From NCBI GenBank assembly GCA_036170655.1, contig JAVHPP010000140.1, positions 1 through 30,881 on the forward strand: a stretch of 30,881 bases of DNA. Direction: 5' to 3'. Within the stretch, counting starts at the first letter, position 1, and each line of letters opens with the position of its first letter. This DNA comes from Candidatus Zixiibacteriota bacterium. GTDB taxonomy: Bacteria; Zixibacteria; MSB-5A5; WJJR01. The translations under genes were made by a program, and so were the position numbers. The notes below the pieces were generated by a model that worked only from the letters and a program-made list of their open reading frames with translations, ran no database searches and had not been told where the DNA came from. Below, one piece after another: positions 8,713-18,385 of the stretch.

Positions 8713-10626
8713 TCACGCCCGGCAGAACTTCTTGTCGAAATCGACGATGGGGATCTTTACCATTGTCGGACGGCCATGCGGGCAGGAGAACGGGTTTTCC
8801 GTGTGCATCAGACGGGCAAAGAGCGCTTGCATTTCCTCCAGTTTGAGGCGATCGCCCGACATCACCGCCGAGCGGCAGGCGGCGGAGGCGGCCGCCGCGC
8901 GGGTGAGGTCGGCTCCAGCACGCTGGGCGATCTCGATATCCTCTAACACGCGGCGAAAGAGAACCACCGGGTTGCGCAGTCGCAGACCCGTGGGGACCCC
9001 CTCCAACAGGACCGTGCGCGCGCCGAACGGACGCACCTCAAAACCAAGCGACGCCAAGACCGGGTTGGCGACGCCGAACATCTCCCACTCCCATGCTTCC
9101 AGGTCGATCGACTCGGGGAAGAGCAGGCGTTGGGTCTCCGCTTTCTTGCGCTGCGCGCGGGAGAGAATTTCTTCATAGAGCACACGCTCGTGGGCGGTGT
9201 GCTGATCGATTATCCACAGTTCCTCGCCAACCTCGGCGACAATATACAGATCACGGAATTGCCAGAGATTGCTGACGCCATCGGCCACCGCTGGCCCGCG
9301 GCGAAGACCGGCGTCCGGGACAGCATCTTCACGGGGGGAACTTGCGAGGGCATCGCCGGCGGCTTTCTCTCCGGTTTGTGCGGGAGCCAGCGCCTCTTCG
9401 TTCGGCCGAGAATTGTCCACGGCAGGCATCGCCGAATCCGCACCCGGCGCACCTGTCGCACCGACCGCGTCCGGTGCAGGGTGGACCGGTGGCCGCGTCA
9501 CGGCTTGTTCATCGAATCGGGTCACGGATGGGATCGTTCCGAATGGCAGCCAGGCCGCCTTCTCCCCCGGCGCTGACATGTATGAATCCTTCGCCTCTAA
9601 GACCGGAGACGTTCGTGGCGAGGAGAAGATCGTCTTGTTGATCGTGTAGTAGGTGAGGTCGTACACGGCGCGATCGCGGGCAAAGCGCACTTCGCGCTTG
9701 GTGGGATGAACGTTGACATCCACCTTGTGCGGGTTGATCTGCACACAGACGATGGCGAAGGGGAATCGCCCGCGCGGGATGGTCTCGCCATAGGCGGCTG
9801 TGGCGGCATGCGCGAGGGACAGAACGGTCACGCGTCTGTTGTTGACATAGGTCAGAATCCGGTCGCGATTGGCGCGCGACAATTCGGGTTTTCCCGCGAA
9901 TCCGGAGACTTTCAGTTCGGCATCGCCGCCGGAGAACTCCAGCAGAAGGGACGTCAGGCTGGCGCCGAACAGATCGGACAGGCGATCACGCATCGTGGGC
10001 GCTGGCGACGCCTGGAGCGTGGGACGGCCGTCAACGGACAACGAGAAACCGGTCCCGGGATGCACACAAGCGAAATCGGTCACCGTTTCGACCAAGTGTT
10101 TGGTCTCGGTGGACGGGGTGCGCATGAATTCGCGCCGGGCCGGGGTATTGAAGAAAAGATGGCGGACGGTGATGGCGGTGCCGACAGCGGCCCCCACCTC
10201 CCGCTCTTCACTCTTTGTACCCCCCTCCCAGAACATCAACGTCGCCGCCTCATGGTCACGCCGACGGGAGATGATTTCCAGATGCGATACGGCGGCGATC
10301 GAGGCGAGGGCCTCGCCACGGAAGCCATAGGTGAGCAACGATGACAGATCGTCCAGATGGGTGATCTTCGAGGTGGCGTGGCGCAACACGCAAAAGCCGA
10401 CATCCTCCGGGCTCAGTCCCAGACCATTATCGACGACGCGGATGAGGCCAGCGCCTGCTTCTTCGATTTCAATGTCAATCTGAGTCGCACAGGCATCGAG
10501 CGCATTCTCTATCAGTTCTTTGATCACAGACGCCGGGCGCTCGATGACCTCGCCGGCCGCGATCTGATCGATCAGATGTTCGGGGAGAATGACGATGGTG
10601 CGGGGGCGCGGCGTCATGTCGTGCAT
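8713..10626 (-). CDS. mutL: DNA mismatch repair endonuclease MutL
   Basis: IAAGEVIERPASVIKELIENALDA, HATSKI, GFRGEALASI, VDVNVHPTKREVRF; endonuclease motif DQHTAHERVLYE; ACR; CPHGRP. Start overlaps the mutS stop (GTG 10629, ATG 10626 or ATG 10617). Confidence 0.97.
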   Translation of the reverse strand: MHDMTPRPRTIVILPEHLIDQIAAGEVIERPASVIKELIENALDACATQIDIEIEEAGAGLIRVVDNGLGLSPEDVGFCVLRHATSKITHLDDLSSLLTYGFRGEALASIAAVSHLEIISRRRDHEAATLMFWEGGTKSEEREVGAAVGTAITVRHLFFNTPARREFMRTPSTETKHLVETVTDFACVHPGTGFSLSVDGRPTLQASPAPTMRDRLSDLFGASLTSLLLEFSGGDAELKVSGFAGKPELSRANRDRILTYVNNRRVTVLSLAHAATAAYGETIPRGRFPFAIVCVQINPHKVDVNVHPTKREVRFARDRAVYDLTYYTINKTIFSSPRTSPVLEAKDSYMSAPGEKAAWLPFGTIPSVTRFDEQAVTRPPVHPAPDAVGATGAPGADSAMPAVDNSRPNEEALAPAQTGEKAAGDALASSPREDAVPDAGLRRGPAVADGVSNLWQFRDLYIVAEVGEELWIIDQHTAHERVLYEEILSRAQRKKAETQRLLFPESIDLEAWEWEMFGVANPVLASLGFEVRPFGARTVLLEGVPTGLRLRNPVVLFRRVLEDIEIAQRAGADLTRAAAASAACRSAVMSGDRLKLEEMQALFARLMHTENPFSCPHGRPTMVKIPIVDFDKKFCRA

Positions 10627-13310
10627 CACTCGCCCTTCTCCGGCCGCAACCGTTTGATCAACTCATCCAGCTTGGCGAGCGCCTCGATCGGCGTCATGTG
10701 TTCGGGTTTGAGGCCGGAGAGTTCGCTGACAGTCGCGCGCTCCCGTGCGGAAAACAGGTTCTCCTGCTGAGCCGATGCCGCCAGCCGCCGTTGCCGTTCG
10801 AGGCCGGCGGCTCTCGTTCCGATAGCGTGCTCGCGCAGGGGATCGAATGTCCCCGACTCAAGCGCGGCGAGAATTTCATTCGCACGGGTGACGACGCGCT
10901 GGGGAACACCCGCCATCTTGGCGACGTGGATGCCAAAGGAGTCATCACAGGCGCCGGGTTTGACGTGGAAGATGAAGGCGATCCGGCCATCCTTCTCCCT
11001 CACCGCCAATTGGTAGTTCTCGACCGCGGGAAGCCGCCCGGCGAGCGCCGTCAGTTCGTGGTAGTGTGTGGCAAAAAGCGTGCGCGGGCAGCGTGACGGA
11101 TCAGAGGCGAGATGCTCGGCAATAGCCCAGGCAATGGCCACGCCGTCGTACGTGGAGGTGCCGCGTCCCACTTCATCAAAGAGAATCAATGATCGCGCTG
11201 TTGCGCCCGTGAGAATCCGCGCGGTCTCCGTCATCTCGACCATAAAGGTTGAGCGGTTCCGGGTGAGGTCATCGTTGGCGCCAACCCGTGTGAAAATGCG
11301 GTCAGCGACACCGATCATGGCCTTGTTCGCGGGGACAAAAGAACCCGCCTGTGCCATGATAACGATCAAGCCAACCTGACGCAGATAGGTTGATTTCCCC
11401 GCCATGTTGGGACCGGTCAGGACCTGCAGCCAGCCATTCGTGTCGCCGAAGACGGTGTCGTTGGGGACAAACTGACCGGCAGGGTTGATGGTCTCCAACA
11501 CCGGGTGACGGCCGCCGCGAATGGCCAACGCACGATCGTCGGTGAGCTGGGGCCGGACATACCCGTGGGCGAGCGCCGCCTTGGCGAATGACGCGAGCAC
11601 ATCCAGCCGCGCCAGACTGCGCGCGAGACTGCCCAGCAGATCAACCGACTGGGTGAGCCGGTCGCGCAACTCGCCGAAGAGACGCTGTTCCACCGCTGCC
11701 GCCCGTTCGTCCGCGTTGAGAACAATCTCCTCTTTCTCCTTTAACTCGGCGGTGATGTAGCGTTCGGCCGAGACCAGTGTTTGCTTGCGCGTCCACTCCG
11801 GCGGAACTTGAGCGCTGTGGGTGCGCGGCACTTCGATGTAGTAGTTGAAGACCTTGTTGTAGCCGACTTTGAGCGAGGCAATCTCCGTCTCGGCACGCAA
11901 GGCGGCCTGCAGGCCGGCGATCCAGGTGCGCGCCTCGGCGGCGCCCTCGTACAGGGAGTCAAGCTCCGCCGAGTACCCACGACGGAAGATTCCTCCCTCC
12001 ACGGCGTTCAGAGGCGGTTCATCGACAATGGCGCGTGCCAATTCGTCGCGGATCGGTTCGAGATGTTCGGGGACAGGATCATCGGGGGTTAGCAGCGGCG
12101 TGCCGTCCAGCAAGGCAACGACACGGGGCCACCGCGTCAGGGCCTCACGCACACCGGCCAGGTCCCGCGGCGTGATGCGCTCGGCGCCCAGCCGCCCGAC
12201 GAACCGTTCCAAGTCAAAGATGCCCTTGAGCGTGTCGGACAACTGGTTTAAGGTCACGCGGTCTTGCACCAGCGCCTGCACACAATCGAGACGCTGCTCG
12301 ATCTGAGGGCGATCTGTCAGGGGGTTGGTCAGCCAGAAGCGCAACAGACGCCGTCCCATCGACGTTGAGCAACGGTCGAGGACCGTGTACAGTGACGGTG
12401 CGCTGATTCCGGGCCGGGTGATCACATCCAAATTGGCGGCCGTCGATTCATCCAACGCCATGGTGGCGCTGTCCAAGAGGCGGCCAACGCGCACGATGTG
12501 ACCGAGCGGTGCGCGTTTCATTTCCTTGAGGTAGGCCAGGAGCGCACCGGCGGCGGAAACCGCGGCAAGACGGAGTTGCCGGCCGTTATCCGCGAAACCG
12601 ACGCCGGCGAGATCAGTGACGCCGAAGTGTGATTTCAACTGGCGGAGCGCTTCATCGCTGGAGAAGCGCCAGTCCGGCCAGCTGGTCAGACGTGTCTGGT
12701 CTTCGACCAGACCACCCAAGGGGCGATCGGCGTCCTGGGGAATGAGAATTTCCCGCGGTGCGGCAGTGCGCAACAATTCGAGGAGGGATTCGGGACCGCA
12801 AACTTCGACGCCGAACTGCCCGGTCGTGACCTCGGCCACGGCCACGCCGAATAGTCCGTCATCATCGGGTCCCATCACAGCGGCGATCTTGGGGGAGATT
12901 TGGTCGTCCAACGCCGCGGTCAGCATGACGGTTCCGGGTGTGATGATTTCGATCACGTCACGCTTCACCACACCCTTGGCGAGTTGGGGATCTTCCATCT
13001 GCTCGCAGACCACAACCCGCTTCCCGGCTTCGGCCAACTTTGCGAGGTAACGGTCGGCGGCATGGTGAGGAACTCCGGCTAAGGGAATCTCGCCGTCCTT
13101 CCCGCACGGACGCTTCGTCAGGGTGATACCCAGAATCCTTGCCCCCTCAACGGCATCGTCCCCGAACATCTCGTAGAAATCCCCCATCCGATAGAAAACC
13201 AGATGCCCGGGATATTGCGCCTTGATGGCGGCGTACTGCCGCATCATCGGGGTCAGGGGCTCTTGGTCCGCGCCGGGGTTCAATGACTGCTCCTGTATCG
13301 GGGTCGACAT
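10626..13310 (-). CDS. mutS: DNA mismatch repair protein MutS
   Basis: TPMMRQY, GDFYEMF, TGPNMAGKSTYLRQ, STFMVEM, DEVGRGTST, FATHYHEL, SFGIHVA. Start taken at ATG 13310 (MSTPIQ). Confidence 0.97.
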   Translation of the reverse strand: MSTPIQEQSLNPGADQEPLTPMMRQYAAIKAQYPGHLVFYRMGDFYEMFGDDAVEGARILGITLTKRPCGKDGEIPLAGVPHHAADRYLAKLAEAGKRVVVCEQMEDPQLAKGVVKRDVIEIITPGTVMLTAALDDQISPKIAAVMGPDDDGLFGVAVAEVTTGQFGVEVCGPESLLELLRTAAPREILIPQDADRPLGGLVEDQTRLTSWPDWRFSSDEALRQLKSHFGVTDLAGVGFADNGRQLRLAAVSAAGALLAYLKEMKRAPLGHIVRVGRLLDSATMALDESTAANLDVITRPGISAPSLYTVLDRCSTSMGRRLLRFWLTNPLTDRPQIEQRLDCVQALVQDRVTLNQLSDTLKGIFDLERFVGRLGAERITPRDLAGVREALTRWPRVVALLDGTPLLTPDDPVPEHLEPIRDELARAIVDEPPLNAVEGGIFRRGYSAELDSLYEGAAEARTWIAGLQAALRAETEIASLKVGYNKVFNYYIEVPRTHSAQVPPEWTRKQTLVSAERYITAELKEKEEIVLNADERAAAVEQRLFGELRDRLTQSVDLLGSLARSLARLDVLASFAKAALAHGYVRPQLTDDRALAIRGGRHPVLETINPAGQFVPNDTVFGDTNGWLQVLTGPNMAGKSTYLRQVGLIVIMAQAGSFVPANKAMIGVADRIFTRVGANDDLTRNRSTFMVEMTETARILTGATARSLILFDEVGRGTSTYDGVAIAWAIAEHLASDPSRCPRTLFATHYHELTALAGRLPAVENYQLAVREKDGRIAFIFHVKPGACDDSFGIHVAKMAGVPQRVVTRANEILAALESGTFDPLREHAIGTRAAGLERQRRLAASAQQENLFSARERATVSELSGLKPEHMTPIEALAKLDELIKRLRPEKGE

Positions 13311-13347
13311 TTCGTTAGCCGGGGAGCAATAAAGAGTGGATTCATGC

Positions 13348-13361
13348 TGGCAGACAACCGA
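13348..13361. repeat. 14-bp direct repeat upstream of miaA (copy 1)
   Basis: tggcagacaaccga, preceded by tcatgc; identical to 14424-14437. Confidence 0.6.
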
Positions 13362-13474
13362 TTCGATGTTCCTGCCCGGAAAATGATGTATCTGAGCGTG
13401 GTAAACCAACGCTGTGTAAGGTATCATGCCAGCCAGAGTCGCCTGCCCGTCGCGGGCGATTTCGGCAGATGCAG

Positions 13475-14398
13475 ATGATGGATACCGGAAGACCTGTCCT
13501 CGCGATTGTCGGCGCAACGGCCAGCGGGAAGAATATCATCGCCCAAGAGATCGCGGCTGTGTCGGGAGCATCGCTCGTCTCGGTTGACTCGCGCAAGATC
13601 TACCGGGGCATGGATATCGGCACGGCCAAGCCATCGGCCACAATCCAGGAGAAATACAACTTTGGGATGATTGACTGCGTCAATCCCGACCAGACATTTT
13701 CAGCGGCCGAGTACGCGCTCCGTGCCCGTGCCATCGTAACCGAGCGCGTGGCTCGCGGCGAGCCGGTTATCCTCGTGGGCGGGACGGGATTTTACCTCGA
13801 TGCGTTCATCAATGGCTTAGCTGACCTTCCCTCAATTACCCCAGAGACACGCCGAGATGTCTTGGAGAAAGCTGGACAAGATGGATGGGAGAGCATCTAT
13901 CTGGAGCTGCGTGAACAAGATCCAATCGGAGCGGCTCAGATCGCTCCGACCGACAAGACCCGTCTGCTGAGGGCAGCAGAGGTGCTTCGCCAGACAGGCC
14001 GTCCCTTGCGTGAGTGGCTGACAGATTCTGTGGCAGAGAAATTCCCCAAGCGGGTATTGGTATATGAAGCCGGGCATCCACGCGAGGAGCTGCATCGGCG
14101 GATAGCGGAACGTACAAAGAATATGATCCATGACGGTCTGGTCGAAGAGACAGAACAGCTTATGAGAAACGGATACGGCCATGGATCGCCGGGGATGGCG
14201 ACTGTTGGGTATGTAGAAACGATGGAATATCTCGAAAACAAGATCAGCAGAGATCTCATGGTCGAAAAAATCATCAACCACACACGTCAATACGCCAAAC
14301 GCCAACTGACCTGGTTCAGACACCGCGACTATGCCCAACAGATAACGATAGAAGATGATGTCGTACAACGACTTATTGGAATATGGCGGAGGGGATGA
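13475..14398 (+). CDS. miaA: tRNA (adenosine(37)-N6)-dimethylallyltransferase
   Basis: GATASGK, DSRKIYRGMDIGTAKP, VGGTGFY, TRQYAKRQLTWF. Start is one of ATG 13469, 13475 or 13478. Confidence 0.96.
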   Translation: MMDTGRPVLAIVGATASGKNIIAQEIAAVSGASLVSVDSRKIYRGMDIGTAKPSATIQEKYNFGMIDCVNPDQTFSAAEYALRARAIVTERVARGEPVILVGGTGFYLDAFINGLADLPSITPETRRDVLEKAGQDGWESIYLELREQDPIGAAQIAPTDKTRLLRAAEVLRQTGRPLREWLTDSVAEKFPKRVLVYEAGHPREELHRRIAERTKNMIHDGLVEETEQLMRNGYGHGSPGMATVGYVETMEYLENKISRDLMVEKIINHTRQYAKRQLTWFRHRDYAQQITIEDDVVQRLIGIWRRG

Positions 14399-14423
14399 CC
14401 GGATCGAGAGCACTGTCATGCCG

Positions 14424-14437
14424 TGGCAGACAACCGA
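14424..14437. repeat. 14-bp direct repeat downstream of miaA (copy 2)
   Basis: tggcagacaaccga, preceded by tcatgccg. Confidence 0.6.
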
Positions 14438-14540
14438 CTTTCTCGGCTCCGGCCGGGGGACAGCAAACCAATCCAATGACGTTTAATGGCTTAAGACATG
14501 TGGCGATGGTCGAAGAAACCAGTTTTAGCCAGAAAATTGC

Positions 14541-14570
14541 TTGACAGCCGAAGGCAAAAATGGTTAAAAG
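14541..14570 (+). promoter_or_regulatory. Putative sigma70 promoter for mltD
   Basis: TTGACA (14541-14546), then tggTTAAAAG at -10 spacing, in an AT-rich intergenic region. Confidence 0.4.
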
Positions 14571-14728
14571 ACTGTAACTTACGTGGGTTGGGAGAGTTCG
14601 CTCCCTCCACCACGGAGTGAAGCGAAGTGAGCTGGGAGTTGGAAAAAACCTATACTGGGTGCGGCGCGTGGTCGAAATAAGTAATGTAAGGGCTGGGTGC
14701 GCATTCGCTTAGTGTAAGGAGGCCGGAC

Positions 14729-16690
14729 TTGACAGCCATCAGGAAGGCATTGGTACTGATTCTTGTGGTGACGCTGTCAGTGTCACTCGCGGGATGTTTT
14801 GGGTCGGCACATCGCGGCCAAGGCACGGCAATTTCGCAACATCCAGAATCTGCGCCCGGTCAATCCGGGTTCAGCGGTCCATCCTCGGACGCGACAGCGT
14901 CACGTGATCCCCAGACAGTTTCCGACGTTTCGAGCCTAACGGCTTCGGCAGTTAATAGTTACATCCGTGGCAGACTCGCCGAAGCGGAAGCGCTATATGC
15001 GACGGGGGTCGCGGCCAATAATGATGGACGGTGGCATGACGCGCAGTTGGCATTCGAGCAGGCGACAACGATACTGGCGGAGTTGGACTTGGAGCCATCT
15101 CCCGACAGCAACCCTTCGCCTACTGACAGCGAAGAAGTTCGGCTGCAGGTCCAGTTCACCCGACTCTTGCGTGAGATCGCGCATGATTACCGATTCACGT
15201 TGGATGCGGTTGGCGAATTGGACCCCGATGCGTCGATTTCGGCTTTCCTGCTGCAATTCAACACGGGGGAACCCGCAGCCGACTCAGACGACAATGAGGA
15301 CACCACGAAAGTTGCCGTTGCCTTGCCCACGCCAAATCAGGAACAGGCCGAAGTACAATACGACTTCCCTGTTGAGAACAACGACGAGGTCATCAACTGC
15401 ATTGTTTATTTCCAGACTCTTGCGCGTGAGCCGTTCGAGACATTTCTGCGCCGGTCCGGCCGTTATCTGCCGATGATGAAAGAAATCGTCGCCTCATACG
15501 GTTTGCCCACGGACGTGGCATATCTTCCCCTCATCGAGTCGGGATTCAACAACCGTGCATACTCATACGCTCACGCGTCCGGCCCGTGGCAGTTCATCGC
15601 TTCGACGGGGCGACGATACGGACTGAACCGGACACGCTGGGTGGATGAGCGTTGTGATTTCGAGAAATCGACCCATGCTGCCTGCCAGTACCTGCGTGAC
15701 CTGTACGGCATGTTTGGCTCGTGGCCGCTGGCTTTGGCGGCCTACAATGGCGGCGAGGGACATGTGGGACGGCAGATTGCCCGTCAGGGAACCAATGATT
15801 TCTGGCAGTTGAAGTTGCACGATCAAACCAGTAACTACGTGCCCCTGTTCATGGCGGCGTTGATGATCGCCAAAGATCCGGCGACGTTCGGCTTTCGCGT
15901 TGAACCCGACCTCCCGCTGGCCTTCGACTGGGTGGCAACAGAGAAATCGTTGGAGTTGAAGGGCGTTGCTGCGGCCCTCGATTGTGATGTGAGCACACTG
16001 GAGGATCTCAATCCCGAACTGCGGCGTGGAGTGACACCGCCGGATATGAAGCCATACCGTTTGCGGGTACCGGCGAACTCCGCCAAGCTGTTTGCGGCGA
16101 CCTATCAGATGTTGCCCGAATCGAAGCAGATGGTGTCGGTGCAGCATACGGTCCGGCGTGGCGAGACACTCGACGACATTGCGAAGCAGTATAGCGTTTC
16201 GATCACGGCCATCGCCCGGACCAACAAATTGCGCACCAAGAGCCGTCTCCAGGTGGGCCAGGCATTGACTATTCCCACAGGAAACGGAACCTATGCAGAC
16301 GCATCGGACTCCGACGACGCCCCTGTACCCGCAGCCTCCACCCCTCGTCGCTCGGCCTCCAAAGGTCAGGATTACACTGTCCGGCGCGGCGAGACCCTGT
16401 GGGATCTGGCCAAGAAGTTTGGGACGACAACATCGGCGATCCGCCGGACCAATGGCATGAGCGCGACCGAAAAGCTGGTTGCGGGACAGACCATCACGAT
16501 GCCCGGACGGGGGCCTGCATCGGACAAGTCTTCGGGAGGCTCCTGGTACACTATTCGCCGGGGCGATACGATGTCTGAATTGGCGGCCCGGTTTGGTGTT
16601 GGGCTTCGTCGGCTTCTGGCGCTAAACAGCAACATCAACCCCCGGAATCTCCGGGCGGGACAACGCATCCGCATCCCACAGAACATGTAG
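14729..16690 (+). CDS. mltD: MltD-like lytic murein transglycosylase lipoprotein with LysM repeats
   Basis: AAGGAGG then TTG; lipobox SLAGC; SLT motifs IESGFN, ASGPWQF, LAAYNGGEG; three clear LysM domains (VRRGETL x2, IRRGDTM). Confidence 0.9.
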   Translation: MTAIRKALVLILVVTLSVSLAGCFGSAHRGQGTAISQHPESAPGQSGFSGPSSDATASRDPQTVSDVSSLTASAVNSYIRGRLAEAEALYATGVAANNDGRWHDAQLAFEQATTILAELDLEPSPDSNPSPTDSEEVRLQVQFTRLLREIAHDYRFTLDAVGELDPDASISAFLLQFNTGEPAADSDDNEDTTKVAVALPTPNQEQAEVQYDFPVENNDEVINCIVYFQTLAREPFETFLRRSGRYLPMMKEIVASYGLPTDVAYLPLIESGFNNRAYSYAHASGPWQFIASTGRRYGLNRTRWVDERCDFEKSTHAACQYLRDLYGMFGSWPLALAAYNGGEGHVGRQIARQGTNDFWQLKLHDQTSNYVPLFMAALMIAKDPATFGFRVEPDLPLAFDWVATEKSLELKGVAAALDCDVSTLEDLNPELRRGVTPPDMKPYRLRVPANSAKLFAATYQMLPESKQMVSVQHTVRRGETLDDIAKQYSVSITAIARTNKLRTKSRLQVGQALTIPTGNGTYADASDSDDAPVPAASTPRRSASKGQDYTVRRGETLWDLAKKFGTTTSAIRRTNGMSATEKLVAGQTITMPGRGPASDKSSGGSWYTIRRGDTMSELAARFGVGLRRLLALNSNINPRNLRAGQRIRIPQNM

Positions 16691-16713
16691 TGATCCGGAT
16701 TACTTGAGAAGAA

Positions 16714-17616
16714 ATGAACCGTCGTCGCGACTGGATCATTGGCATCATCATCGGTGGCGCATTTTTGATATTCACCGCGATGACGTTTGTCTTCTTTTGG
16801 GGACTGTCCAGCTCGGATGGCGTTGAGTTCGGCGGTTTCGGAAAGCGTATTGCGATCGTTGAACTGACGGGACAGATCACATCGTCGGAGGAGATCGTCG
16901 GCCAGCTCAAGCGTTTTGCCGACGATGAGTCCGTACCGGCGATCGTGCTGCGGATTGATTCCCCCGGCGGCGGTGTGGCGGCCAGCCAGGAAATCTACAA
17001 CGCGGTCGGGCGGGTCCGCGACAAAGGGAAAAAAGTCGTCGTGTCCATGGGTTCCGTGGCGGCTTCGGGCGGTCTCTATGTGGCTGTCGCTGCCGACAAG
17101 ATTGTCGCCAATCCGGGGACACTCACTGGTTCGATTGGTGTCATTTTCGAATTTCCGACGGTCGAGAAGCTGCTCGAGAAGATTGGCATCCGCTACGAAG
17201 TGGTCAAGAGCGGTGAATTCAAGGACATCGGCAGCATCGCCCGCACAATGACCAAACCAGAGTCGGAGGCGTTGCAGACGGTCATCAACGACACCTATGA
17301 CCAGTTTGTCGAGGCGGTCGCCAAGGGGCGCAGTCTGGAGAAGGATTCTGTGAGGGCATTTGCCGACGGACGTATCTTCACCGGCCGTCAGGCGCTCGAA
17401 TTGAAACTGGTGGATCAGCTCGGTGATCTGCAGGTAGCGCTCGATGACGCGGCCGAGATGGTGGGCATGAGTACACCGCCGAAAACGGTGCGGATCGCCC
17501 CCCGCCGGCGGACGAGCATCTTCGACTTGTTTGGCCGTTCGTTCATTGACTGGTTGTCTGAATACAGCGGCCCGGAGGGTTCGACGGCGCCGATTTTGCA
17601 GTATCGGTACCGATAA
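16714..17616 (+). CDS. sppA: Signal peptide peptidase SppA (36K type, S49)
   Basis: N-terminal TM; LRIDSPGG, SMGSVAASGG, TGSIGV, KSGEFKD, DGRIFTG. Confidence 0.95.
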   Translation: MNRRRDWIIGIIIGGAFLIFTAMTFVFFWGLSSSDGVEFGGFGKRIAIVELTGQITSSEEIVGQLKRFADDESVPAIVLRIDSPGGGVAASQEIYNAVGRVRDKGKKVVVSMGSVAASGGLYVAVAADKIVANPGTLTGSIGVIFEFPTVEKLLEKIGIRYEVVKSGEFKDIGSIARTMTKPESEALQTVINDTYDQFVEAVAKGRSLEKDSVRAFADGRIFTGRQALELKLVDQLGDLQVALDDAAEMVGMSTPPKTVRIAPRRRTSIFDLFGRSFIDWLSEYSGPEGSTAPILQYRYR

Positions 17617-17721
17617 TCGTCGGCGCCATTTGGCGTCTGCCTTGGGCGGATTACTTGTGTGGCATGGAGATAACAGTACATTCACGAATAGCCCGCTGGG
17701 GCGGGAAATAAGGAGGTCAGG

Positions 17722-18012
17722 ATGACCAAGGCCGATTTGGTGGAGCAATGCGCCGAGAAGACCGGGCTGACGCGCACTGATGTGGCCGTGACCGTTGACG
17801 CCTTTCTGGAGGCGGTCAAGTCGAGTCTTGAACTGGGCAAGAACATTGAGATTCGGGGTTTTGGCACTTTCAAAGTCAAACTGCGCAAAGCGCGGAAGGC
17901 ACGCAATCCGCGTACAGGCGAAGAGGTCCCGGTGCCAGACCGAAAGGTGCCGGTGTTCAAGCCGTCGAATGAGTTCAAGAGTCTGATTGTCAAGCAACCA
18001 GTGACCGGGTAG
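17722..18012 (+). CDS. HU/IHF family DNA-binding protein (IHF-beta-like)
   Basis: RBS AAGGAGG; MTKADL, IEIRGFGTF, ARNPRTGE, FKPS. Confidence 0.95.
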   Translation: MTKADLVEQCAEKTGLTRTDVAVTVDAFLEAVKSSLELGKNIEIRGFGTFKVKLRKARKARNPRTGEEVPVPDRKVPVFKPSNEFKSLIVKQPVTG

Positions 18013-18057
18013 TGGAGCGCGCGCATCGTTCCCGGTGCGCCGCGGATGGGAGAACGA

Positions 18058-18153
18058 ATGCCCTCAGGGAAAAAACGGAAAAAGCAAAAGATCAAAACCC
18101 ACAAGCGGAAGAAACGTCTGCGCAAGGATCGTCATAAAAAGAAAGTGCGGTAG
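18058..18153 (+). CDS. Small basic protein, AURKAIP1/COX24 domain (ribosomal protein bS22/mS38-like)
   Basis: 31 aa MPSGKKRKKQKIKTHKRKKRLRKDRHKKKVR*, RBS GGGAG; below the ORF-track length cutoff. Confidence 0.85.
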   Translation: MPSGKKRKKQKIKTHKRKKRLRKDRHKKKVR

Positions 18154-18182
18154 CGCAAGAACCGATACGCGCGTCCGAATTG

Positions 18183-18211
18183 CCGCCCCGTGCACAGTCT
18201 GTGCGGGGCGG
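18183..18211 (+). terminator. GC-rich hairpin after the bS22-like gene (possible terminator, no U-tract)
   Basis: ccgccccg...cggggcgg with an inner gcacag/ctgtgc stem. Confidence 0.4.
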
Positions 18212-18385
18212 TTGCCTTAGGGTCGTCCCCCACCGTACCATTTTACAGGACACAAGATGATTTGACCATACAGGGGCCTCTGCCCCCGGTTTTGGTTGAC
18301 TTGTGCTTGTGATGACGTATCTCGTGGTCTCAAGTACGCGACCGTTGATCGCAGGACGCGGAGATATGAACTGAGGAGGTGGGTT

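Larger units (their letters stand above)
4615..8782. mobile_element. Putative integrase-less genomic islet inserted at the mutL 3' end
   Basis: Bounded by the direct mutL-tail repeats; holds two exported-protein genes and repeat elements; no recombinase gene seen. Confidence 0.6.

Noticed and set aside
4615..8782. DGR template/variable repeat pair
   Set aside because: Differences are synonymous and not confined to adenines on either strand, and no reverse transcriptase is present.
13311..13517. N-terminal extension of mutS overlapping miaA
   Set aside because: MutS similarity starts near TPMMRQY, and the extension would overlap the divergent miaA start.
16372..17997. 541-aa minus-strand ORF
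   Set aside because: Antisense shadow of mltD, sppA and HU/IHF with no recognisable motifs.
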